DNA of 46,000 nucleotides from Takakia lepidozioides (lineage: Eukaryota; Plantae; Bryophyta): assembly GCA_030704615.1 (NCBI GenBank), contig JAKLZA010000032.1, positions 1 to 46,000 of the forward strand, given 5' to 3'. The first letter of the stretch is position 1, and the number at the start of each line of letters is the position of its first letter. Of this stretch, positions 21,462 to 32,600 are shown piece after piece. The notes beneath the pieces are model-generated. The model was not told the DNA's origin and searched no databases. It saw only the letters and a program-made list of their open reading frames with translations. The position numbers and the translations under genes are program-made.

Positions 21462-24400
21462 TTACTGTTTGGGATTAGCAAACCTTTGTGAGTGAGCACC
21501 CTTCTGACGTTGAGAGTCTCGTGAAGGACTTTGTGTGCGAGCCCGAGGTCTGCCACTGGTTGACGGAGATGATTGAACACTACCTGGATATGTAAGGCCC
21601 TCTGGAGGCTGATATCGAGGTAATCTTTCAGGCATAGGAGACCCCCGTCGCTTCTTCTCTGCCATCTGAATTGCATAGTCTTCTTCCATGTCAAAAGAAT
21701 CCGCTGAAGAAACAGTTGTATCAGAATCCTCATCGCCTCTCAGGTGTTTTAATTGTCGAACTTTTTGTGGAATCCTCTGGGGCATACAATGTTGTCCTAC
21801 CATGTCTGGAAGTTTATATTTTAAAACTTGCTGTAAACGCTGAACGGCAAAATTGGTGAAGATACTGAGCTCCTTGTCTGTCCAGGTGAGTGGGGTACCA
21901 ATGACTTGTGAATTGTTCAAGTATTTCCATGCCACATGTCCCTTATAGAAAATATCATCAATGCCGAATTTCTGTGTTGACAAATTGTTCCAGGCCGCCT
22001 GAAACCATGAACGAATTTGAGAATCATTTTGCATCATAACTTTTGCTTCATATAGGTACATATGAGGTGGCACTGAAGGTAAGACCCAATGATCCCCATT
22101 GGAATAACTCAGAAAGCGCGATTGCATCTTTTGCTGCTCAATGTGATAACGTACCAGAAAACAAGCAGCGTAGTATAACCCACATCCCATGACAATACTC
22201 GCTACCTTGGTCTTGGTATAAATGAATCCATGTACAACTTGGAAGGCAATTAATTCTCTCAACATTGTACCTGCCTCATGCCAGTATTGTGCAAAGTGAT
22301 GATCCTCAATTGGTCGATTGTTCGGAAGAACTTTAGTCCTAGTTGCCACTGGCAGCCATATGCGCATGATTTGGTAGTAATGTGCGAATGACTGCGGAGG
22401 ACTAAATTCTTTCCAAGCCAAATCCAACATGATGGGAATTTGGTTGAAGGGCATAATCATAGCCCTACTGTACTCCCTTGCAGCTGGAGTTTTAGGTGGG
22501 TTAAAAGCAACATTGCCCCATACCTCAGACTGTGGTGGCTGTGGTGTGGTTGTAGTAACAACAGGGTTAGGTACTGGCACAGTGACTTGTTGTGGTGTTG
22601 GTGGCACTGGCTCCTGTATCATTGGCATCTCCTGCACCTCCTGTGAAGAAGACTGAAAAGCCAAAGTTCTGGCATATAACTAAGAAGCCATTATCTGTTC
22701 CTCAGGTATATAGACTCTTTTGTCGATATTTGAAGTGAGGTCCTCCACTTGAGTCTGCAGTCCGTCTACATCCTCCTGTAACTCCGCTATCATACTATAG
22801 ACATTGTCTATAGTAGTTGTGGCAATGTTCTGTACTTGCAGTTTGAGCTCATTCATCTCGCTTTGGGTGAGCTTTCGTGGTGCTTTGCCCTCCACTGGCC
22901 CTTGTGCTAACCAGACCTGCATAAGGTGGTTATCCACCAAATTGCTTGTGGTTCCCCTGAGAGTGTGCTCCTCTCTTTGTTTGTACACATCTAACTGCTG
23001 TTGTAAAGCCTCCATGTGCTTTGCATGAGGTTCAACCAAATTCGCATAGGCAGCAAGTAGATTATTGGCTTCCTTCCAAGCCTTGTTAGTGACCGAGATT
23101 TCATTTCTATTGGCCATGATCGTTTGTTGCAACTCCAGGATGTGCCTCTCTTGATCAGCTTCAATCTGCCTGTATTGCTTGAAAGTATCCTCATTGCGAC
23201 AGAGTGTATTTTTCATATCGACAATGAATTTGATGTGCTCAACATTCTCTGCTTCTGCCTTCGTACATTTTTCCGCTTGACTGTTTATTTCTTTTGTAGA
23301 TTGGTCAAGCATAGTTGTTAATGTAGCATTTTGTATGGCCATTCTGTCATGCACTGTTTGCAACTCCGTATGTAGTGCATTCACTTCTTGCAACTTGCTT
23401 TCATGCTTCACCTGCATTTGGTATAGCTGTTGCTTATGTGCTTCGTGCAATTGGTCTTGCGCGAGGCCTGCCTCAATCAATTGTTCTTTGGCCAATTGCA
23501 AAGCCGCTTCTGTATTCTCCAAGTCTTGCTGCATCTTGAGAGTGACCTCTTCATCGACCTTGTTTGCACACTCAGTGGCTAGTCGAGCCTCAAACTCCTT
23601 CCTGTTCCTCTCTCAAGGCTGTCAATTGGGTAGTTGGAACATGGGATTTGACATAAGTCCCCAACAAATTAAGTGTTCTGCCTATGGAACTCATAAGCAT
23701 TGCCTGTTGAGGGTCATCATGGTGAGCTTGATGCTGTTCTCCCTGATCCTCAACAGTGTGATGTCTTACAAACCACTCAGGCCATTGTCCCACCAGATTT
23801 TCTTCCTGAACCACTTCTTCCATCACCGGTGCTGCAGTGTCTTGACATTCTACCTGTGGTACCTCCGACACAGGTGTGTGTATTATATGCACCTCAGGAT
23901 TTCCCTTGGGCATCTGTTGCGCCTCTGGAATCTCTGTTTCCTTGACCAGACCAGAATATTCATAGAGAAGGTCCCCCTTCTCAATTTCTGCCACTATCTG
24001 TTCTGTAGTTGGAATATCTAACCCTTCTGAAGGTCCTGCTTCCAGTAATAGCAGTTCTCTGTGCTGCTGTGCCCCTTCCTGCACAAAAACTTGGGAAACA
24101 GTATCATGCGGATTCCGTGAAGCCAGTGGATCCGCCACTACAGTCTTTCCCCGCCTCTGTCTCTTATTCTCGGGTTGCCCTGCCAGTCCACCCTCACTGT
24201 GTGAAGAGCCTTGCTCTTCCATTGCAGTGGTTTCTGGCTCAAACACTCCCATCTCCTTTCTTTCTCGCGCATCAAGTATGCCAGAATCAAGAATTATTTG
24301 AGCAATGATTGGGCCAGACACTATGATAGGAGACTTTGCTACAGTACCTTGTAATCTTTTCATCTCCTCTACCAGTGCGTTGTACATTATGTCCGCCCAT

Positions 24401-25395
24401 TCTACCTCTTCTCCTCTCAGGGCTTTGAGTATTTCCTCTGTGAAGGATCTGCTCAAATACTGTTGGTTCTGTTTCATGGCAAAGAGAACGTTCAATACCT
24501 GGCCTACCTCCTTTAGCCCTGGGTACACGGCCTTGGTACAAGCATAACCCTGAGTTTTAAAGAAACTCCCTTCTTGGAATAAGTCCCCTATTTGCAGTCT
24601 TGCCCTGTGCTCCTCCACATGCACCTGTCCTGCTGGCAATCGAAACAATTGCTGGAGGTATAGGGGAGTAATTACTAATTCAACTCCCTTCACCGTTGTT
24701 GCTCTTGTCCTTGGCTCAAAGTTCTGCAAGAATTGTAACATGTACTGTCTATGGTGCAATGTCCAATCTTTGCTTTGCAATCCTTGCAATCTCAGCTCCT
24801 TCAGTATCTGTATTGCCTGTGGGGTAGCAATCGTTTGTTTCTGCAGAATTGTGGCACTTTTCACCCCGATTTCCTCCATTCCTCTCACTCTCTTCATTCT
24901 ATACCCACAGAAATGTTTTGGCTGTAACAACTGAAGAAATGCCTGTAGTGCACAAAGCATAAACGTATGGTTGCCACAAAAAGCTATGGGTAATTTCTTG
25001 TAAGCCTGTGGGGCTTGCAAGCATCGATCAAGAGAAAAGATCCGCTCTGTTCTTTCGTGTCTATGCCACTGCGTAAGTAATATTGCGAGCGTATAGTCTG
25101 TTAGTTCCTCCATAGCTTGAAAGCTATAGCATTGATGGACTGTCCCGTCTAGACGCCCGTTACTTAGAACGACGCCGACTCTCGCGCTTAAATTCCCTCC
25201 AATTTCTTGATCTCTTTTCTGGCTTTCGATTGGCTGTATCCGCTGTGACTGGATTTTAGATTTCATTTTCTGTAGTGGACTTTCCCTGCTGGATTGTCCA
25301 CTATGATCACACTTGTGACAAGAATTTTGCTTTTCTGTACTTGCCGTTTGTTCCGTTCCCCTTTTTCCGTATTCATTAATGGGCCCGCCATTCAT
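21462..25395 (-). pseudogene. Large extra 3' ORF of the retrotransposon (~1200 aa if joined), with a central coiled coil
   Basis: Three ORFs on the same strand as pol. 23590..25395 joins 22680..23534 through one frameshift (..RKEFEARLATECANKVDEEVTLKMQQD). 21462..22664 follows in frame after a single TAG. The likely start is MEELTDY at 25113. Confidence 0.65.
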
Positions 25396-25604
25396 CCGAA
25401 TTGACGCGCTAAGTAGGTACTTTGACGGCCATTCTTGTCCTCTTTCTTGATGACACCTGTTCTTGCACTTCCTTCTCAGCTGTGTGTCGCGCCCTGACTT
25501 CCACGTGTCTATTTTTAACTGGTTTCGTCCTTTCTTCCGTCGGCCATTTTCCTGAAGTTAATGTGCGTCCACATGTCACTGATTCTATGGATTGTGTAAC
25601 CCTA

Positions 25605-25952
25605 GTAGGCTGTGTTGAGCTGTGACAGGCTGTGTCATACTGTGGTACGTTGTGATAGGCTGTGATGCACTGTGGTAAGCTGTGATAGGCTGTGACACGC
25701 TGTGGTAGGTTGTGATAGGCTGTGTTGCGCCGTGATGGGAGGCTGTGTTTCGCCTTGACTGTGATAGGCTTGTCACGTCGTGATGGGCTTGATAGGCTGT
25801 GTTTTGCCTTGATGGGCTGTGATAGCTGTGTCACGTGTGATGGCTGTGATAGGCTGTGTTTCGCCTTGATGGGCTGTGATAGGCTGTGTCACGCTTTGAT
25901 GGGCTATGATAGGCTGTGTCACGTCGTGATGGGCTGTGATAGGCTGTGTCAT
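25605..25952. repeat. GGCTGTGATAGGCTGT-type degenerate tandem repeat between pol and the extra ORF
   Basis: Read directly; related to the LTR simple repeat. Confidence 0.85.
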
Positions 25953-26089
25953 GCTTATTCTGCCCGCCTTGGTCATATATGCTCGGCCTAGCGACAAATG
26001 CTCCATACTCCGTTGGTAACACTGGCGCAGCCCGTGACTGCTCTTGCGTTTCAACATGCAAATCATGCTGCAATGGTTTGTCATGGATA

Positions 26090-28898
26090 CCCACTGTACC
26101 CCTTCAACTTATTGGCATTGACTCTTCCCAGCATTTCTTTGTTAATGGTTGTAACATGGCGGTGTTGTTATCATACATCTTTTGTATGACATAAGGTCCT
26201 TTCCATGGTGATTTAAGCTTAGAAGCTTTAATCTTTCCTTTTTTCTGCAACCATAGAACCAAATCTCCCGTCTTAAAAGTTTTAAACTTGCCTTCATCAA
26301 ACTGTTCCTTCCTCTTCATCTGAATTCTGGTCATATTATCAGCTGCATCAGCACGTACTTCTTCCACATGGTATAATTCATGTTTCCTGACCTTAATGGA
26401 ATCTTGCAATTCCATTCTCTTTCCCCATTCCATTCTCATGGTAGGTAACAGGAATTCCACTGGAAGTAAGGCTTCTATACCGTAAACTAATTGGAATGGT
26501 GTATACTTAGTGGTGACTTTATATGAAGTCCTATATGACCACAAAGCTGTCAGCAGCTTTGTATCCCAATCCGTTCTGTTTGCATTGACTATCTTAGCCA
26601 AGATAGTACATAGTATTTTGTTGGTAGCCTCTGCCTGCCCATTACCCTGTGGGTAATATGTTGTACTCTTTCTATGCACAATCATGAACTCTTTAGTCAA
26701 CAACTCAATGGTCTCATTAATGAAGTGACTTCCCTGATCACTGATAAATTCTAAGGGACAACCAAATCGTGTAAGTATGTTCTCATACAGGAACCTTGCT
26801 GTGGACTTGGCTGTGTTGTCCCTCAAAGCTTTAGCTTCCACCCACTTCGTAGTATAATCAGTGGCTGTAATTATGTACCTGTTCCGTGTATTCTTGGCTG
26901 GTGGGTTAATTGGTCCAACAAAGTCTAGTCCCCATTTCTGAAATGGTTCCGTAGGCATTGTAGGATGCAAGGCCATCCTTCCAGATCTCTGCAAAGGTCC
27001 TAGCCTCTGACATTCATCACAACTTTGACAATACTTGTGTACATCTTTGAATAAAGTAGGCCACCAGTAACCTGCAAGTAGTATCTTTCTACTGGTAGTC
27101 TCTTCTCCAAAATGACCTCCCACCACTCATTATGAACTTCCTCCAAAACTTTATTTACTTCAGGTGGTACAAGCACGTTTTAGTACTCCATCAGGTCCTA
27201 GCTTATACATTCTGCTCCCTACCATAGTGTAAGGTAGAGCTTTGATAGCGATTCTCTTCCTCTGCTCCTTACCATAACTAGGTGGGCATTGACCATGAGT
27301 AAGGTAGTATCTGATTGGCCACTGCCAATCTAAACCATTCATCTGCACTTCCTTGCACCTCCATTACAAATAAACTCGCATCAGGTAACTGATCGTCCAC
27401 TCTCCTGTGGCGGCCTCTCCTGTTGTTAGTCGTGACAAATGATCTGCCACAAGATGCAAACGGCCAGGCTTGTAATAACTTCGAACTCAAACTCATGCAG
27501 GATTATTAACCACCTCGCTATCCTTCCACTTATCAAAGGTTTGTTCACCAGATATATCAGAGCCTGGTGATCCACATAAAACATAAACTTTCTTCCCAAT
27601 AGGTAATGCCTGAATTTCTTGACTGCATAAATCATTGCCAATGCTTCTCTTTTAGTTGTGCTATAGTTCCTTTCAGCACTGTTCATCAACTTGCTAGCAT
27701 AGTACACAGGTGAATCTATATTTCCTGTAATTCTGGGCTAACACCGCTCCCAACGCTTCTCCTGACGCATCACAGTGAACATGAAATACTACATGCCAGT
27801 GAGGGTTAATCATGCACAGGTGTAGTTGTTACTGACAGTGTAAGTTCCTCAAACGCCTGTTGACATTCAGCTATCCAGGCAAACACTGCATCTTTCTTCA
27901 GAAGCTTGCTCAATGGTGCTGCTATTTGTGCATACATTTTGACAAATCTTCAGTAATAACTGGTTTGCCAAGGAATCTCCTTAGACTCTTAACATTCACT
28001 GGTGGTGGAGAGGCTTTAATGGCCTCTGTTTTCCTGGGATCCACAAGAAGTCCCCTCTTATACACAATGTGTCCCAGAAGCACCCCTGAGTTCACACAGA
28101 AAGTACACTTCTCTGGATTCAGGCCCAGACCTCTCATCCTGCATCTGGCCAAGCATAACTCCAATTTATACAAGTGCTCATTCTTAGAGCTGTACACACT
28201 GAAATCATCCAAGAACACCTGCATGAAATCATCCAGATACTCATGAAAAGATTCACTTATCACTCTCTGAAAGGTCGCTGGTGCATTACAAAGTCCAAAG
28301 GGCATGACTTTGTATGCATAAGCACCCCAGTCTGTGATGAAAACTGTTTTTCCTTGGTCTCCTTCTGCCACTTGCACTTGATTATAACCACTGAAGCCAT
28401 CCATGAATGAGTACATCTCATGGCCTGCCACAGTGTCCAATACTGCTTCTGTGAATGGCAAAGGAAAAGGATCTTTCTTCGTACAAGCATTCAGCTTCTT
28501 GTAGTTCACACATACTCTTAGTTTACCATTCTTCTTGGGAACTATAACAATGGGTGACAACCAAGTTGTATACTCTATTGGGTATATAAACTTAGCCTCA
28601 GCCAACTTCTTGATCTCTTCTCCAACCTTCTGTGCGTAGTTGGGATTCATTCTGTACCTCGCCTACTTGATTGGTACTGACCCTGGTTCCAGTTCAATCT
28701 TATGCTGACAGACTTCAGGTGGTATCCCTTTTAGATCCTCATAGCTCCAAGCAAATACATCTCTGTATTTGATGAACAAGCTCTTAGCTTCTTCAAAGAA
28801 TTCTGGCTCCAAATCAGCTCCTACTTTTACCATCCTCGGTTCCTCTTTAGTTCCCATATTCACTTCCCTCACCTGCTCATCAGCTGTGATTGTCCAAC
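26090..28898 (-). pseudogene. pol: Gypsy pol (RT, RNase H, integrase), frameshifted and 5'-truncated
   Basis: RT: KKNGKLRVCV, MDGFSGYNQV, MPFGLCNAPATFQR, FLDDF. RNase H: YYASK..AERNYSTT.RE, YVDHQAL. Integrase: GHFG...C..CQ, WGLDFVGP, SDQGSHF, PQGNGQAE, WKGPY. Confidence 0.95.
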
Positions 28899-29688
28899 CA
28901 GGGGGGGTGCTATTCCGTGAGCCTGGAGGCGTGAGCCTGTGAGCCCAGGAAAGCGTGAGCCCAGCACAGGCTCACGCCACGTCAGCATGCAAACAGTGCC
29001 TATTTCCGCGGATGTCACCTATTTCCGAGTGGTGTCACCTATTTCCGCGGGTTGATGTGGGGAGAATTGAGAATTGAGAACAAAGTGGTTTGTTTGTTTT
29101 TGCAATGTACTCAAGTCTGTGAGGTCCACAAAACAACAAATATATTGAAGGAACAATCCGGGCAGTCCATGCAACCCCCATCTCCAACAATAGTTTGGAA
29201 CCATGAATGTGAATTCCATGCACACATTGCAAAGAGGACAATAAGGACACACAACCATCCCATTTCAAATTTGTCCCAGAATTAAACCAAAAGAATACTT
29301 CATATCAAGTGTCGCAGTCATCACAATCAATGTCCACCTCCTGTGCTATGTCATCTACAAAGATTCTGGCCCCAACACCACGTGTTCTACGAAGGCCATC
29401 GCAAGGTGGACTCTGAGTGCCATGAACGGACATGCTTGCTGCGAGTGCCTCCGCATAGACAGGTAGCACACAAGACCGAGGAGGACTGAAAACAAGTCCA
29501 AATAGGTGTGATAGCCCAGGAGGGCAAGTGGAAGCACGCGGACTCCTACACATGTCCACAAAATCCCATTTTTAACACAATGATGCAATGCACAAGTCCA
29601 ACGAAGAGGATGTCTCCCATGTGCACTTTGCCTCAAGAACAGCGATTCTCGATATTGAAACAACAATGCAAGCATGCACAGGTTCAAC

Positions 29689-32600
29689 TTACTCACAGGC
29701 AAAGTCGGAGTCCAGCTCCTTGTCAGAAGTCTCCTCTGTACCAGTATCAGCGGGACGGGGCTTCGGAAGGACCTGAGAAGTGTGTCCACCCAAACCCATC
29801 AGGAGGTTCTTGTAAATCTCAGCATCCCCTTCAATCCCAAAGACATGTCGCGCACTGGCCTTGCAAGCGTGGTACGAAGCACCTGCAGTGGAATAGAATG
29901 AAGTAAGCAGACATTGAAGACACATTCGGAACGGTGGAAAGTGCTGAAAGTGCAAGCTCAATCAAACCTCATGAAATGTGAATGTTGAAGAGACGAACCT
30001 GTGCCCATCGACAAATCCAGAACTCTGGCGTCTGTGTAGGTGCAGCACTCCACAATCGTTTGAATGAAAGCCGGGCTCCTCTCCCTCGCCCCTCTCCAAG
30101 GAACCCCATTCCCCCTTCGCAAGCACACGTTGCTGTCGACGTAGTTGTGATGCATGTCATCCGTGGGAGGATCTGTCCTGTCATCTATGAACTTGCCCCC
30201 GTGAGTGATGGCAAACTCCGTAATGCCGGCCGGAGTCGTTGGTGGATGCACCCGGACGAGACAAACAGCTTCAAACAGACGAGTCTGCGAACATGACATC
30301 CACAAGGAACTAAGAACCAAAATAAAATCGGGCCCCTACATATGAGTTGGAGCGACCTATACAACACAATCCCAGAACAAAAAAGAAGAGGAAGAAGAAG
30401 GGAAACTCACCATCTCTCCCGGACGATCCCCCTTCGTAAGGTACATGCTGTTCACACAATTCCATGTCTTCACGACTCTCATGCCCGAGGCTTTCAAATA
30501 GCTGGCAAGGGCACGGCGACACCGAACATCGATGGACTGGATGAGAACCAAAACACCTGCATCGGAAAGGAAGAAGTTGCAAAAGGAAAAAACCCACCGC
30601 CAGTAGCGCTCATCAAATGCATTCCAACCCGGACAAGCACCCGATGGAGGGATATCCGGGACTGCCAACCCATCAGGGATGTCCAAGATGATGAGTTCCG
30701 CTGCATATGGCTTCTCCTTCCCGTTCACCCACGATTTGGTCATTTTAGCCTGCAAACAAAAATACAATGGAATTCTGACAAGTTTATAAACGATCCATGC
30801 CCACAGCAGACAAAGAGAGCAGAAGCCACAGAACCCAAAGAGAACACGCACCGTGCTGAGGAACTCGACAATCCTCTCCCACACTGGTGATGGCTCGCCC
30901 TTGTAATCAGATTTCTTCGACTCCATCATTGCAAGGAACCCGACGTTGGCAATCTCCAACCTGGTTGGACGAATGACCCTCGTGGGATGTTCCACTGCAT
31001 GGTACGGGTCCTTGGGATCAACCACCCCCTTGTTTTTTCTCCCGGATCCCCTACCATGCGGTGGAGTCTGCTGGACATGCTCCACAGGGCCAATAGCTGC
31101 AACACTTCCCTGCCCTTGTGCCACCTTCCCTCTACCCCTTCCCTTCCCCACAACACCAGCAACATCTTTTCCCTTTGCCTTTCTTCCTCTACCCGGGGTA
31201 TCCTGAGCGGGAGGCTCCTTCTCTGCAAGAGTCCTCAGATTACGCTCATGAATGTCGAGGTCCGCTGCTGCGGCAGTGGCTGCAATACGGTCATTCTCTC
31301 TCCTCAAAGACAACTCTACAGCTGGGGTCTCTGAAGGAGGGCAATCCAAATACCAACCACAAGAAGAAAGATGGTCTGGACCCCAGTCATGCAAGATCCC
31401 AGCAGTGAACATGGTCTGGTTGCCAGCAGGGACAAGCCAAAGGTCCACGAAATCTGGATGTTTGTCCAAGCAATTCTCTTCCAAGAGAACAAACTTAATG
31501 TACCTGCAGGAACAGACACAGCCTCATTTTCCAATGCACATATTGTGTCCCAGCTTTTTCAACACACCAGGAAGACCCCCTTAAACAGTATGCCACACAA
31601 CACATTGCAACCACAACACAAGCAAAGAGTGCAAGGGTGTGCACCTGTAAAGGCATCGTTTCCAGGCTTCCTCTCCTTTTTCCTGCTGGTCAAGCTCATT
31701 TGTTCGACTGATGCCACCCTCCTTGCTGAACTCTCTAAAGAAACCAGAGTGCCACACTGTGGCTCTCCATTTCCTCATGTATGCTTCGAAGGAGACCTTC
31801 GGAGCTGTCATAGTGATGCCATAGTCAGCCAGCTGAGTATGCAGAACCGATCGGGCCCTTTCTTCCAACTGCAAAACAATTGAAATGGAAGAATGAACCC
31901 AAAAACAGTCACAGCGAATGTAAGAGGCAATGGGAAGAGAAGGACAGGAAAAGAGAAAAGAAAGTGAGATACGAGAGGACATCACACCTGGCTCCAGTAA
32001 GTGGCCTTGTGAAGCCAGGTGTCCAGCACATTGTCACTGACAGGAACGACACGCTGGGTCTTCTTCTCCTTCTCTGGCCTTGGGAACATGTGGGTATCCC
32101 TAACTGTGGGATCGGAGTTCCATATCTGTAGCCACTTCACCTTCTGTTCAGAAGACACGACGGCGGTAGACAACCTGTGCAACTTCTCCTGGGCCATCTC
32201 CGGCTTGCCTGGCTTGTTATAATGGTTTTTTATCTCCAGGAGAAACTGCGGCCCGAATGATGGGTCGGCCATTCTCAACTGCTTCACAAAAGCACTCATT
32301 ATTGTCCTTCTTGTAGCGTTCATCTCCTTCTGGATGTGACTTTCAACCCCCTTTGCTGTCCTTCTCTCCTCAGGGGTAGAGCTGTAGTATTCCAGTTTGC
32401 CACGCTCCCCTGCATCTGCAATGTCTTGCTGCAAGGGAATGCAAGAGAGTTGCATCAATCCAAGGTCAAGGGAGACAGACAGAAACAAACATGTGGAAGC
32501 AGGAATATGGAAAGGCCAGATGAAGGAAGATGTATCTCACCGTGTACATGTACTCCATGAAAGCCTCACGGGTCAACGAGTACCATGTTTCCGAAGTCTT

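Larger units (their letters stand above)
20602..28898 (-). mobile_element. 5'-truncated Ty3/Gypsy LTR retrotransposon (non-chromovirus, Athila-like organisation)
   Basis: RT-RNaseH-integrase order, extra 3' ORF, PPT and 3' LTR. The gag, protease and 5' LTR are missing where copy 2 begins. Confidence 0.9.

Noticed and set aside
15593-28898. A single inversion between the two copies explaining the missing TSDs
   Set aside because: Re-inverting the spacer restores no TSD and does not rejoin the Gypsy pol or the SWIM gene with the outer flanks.
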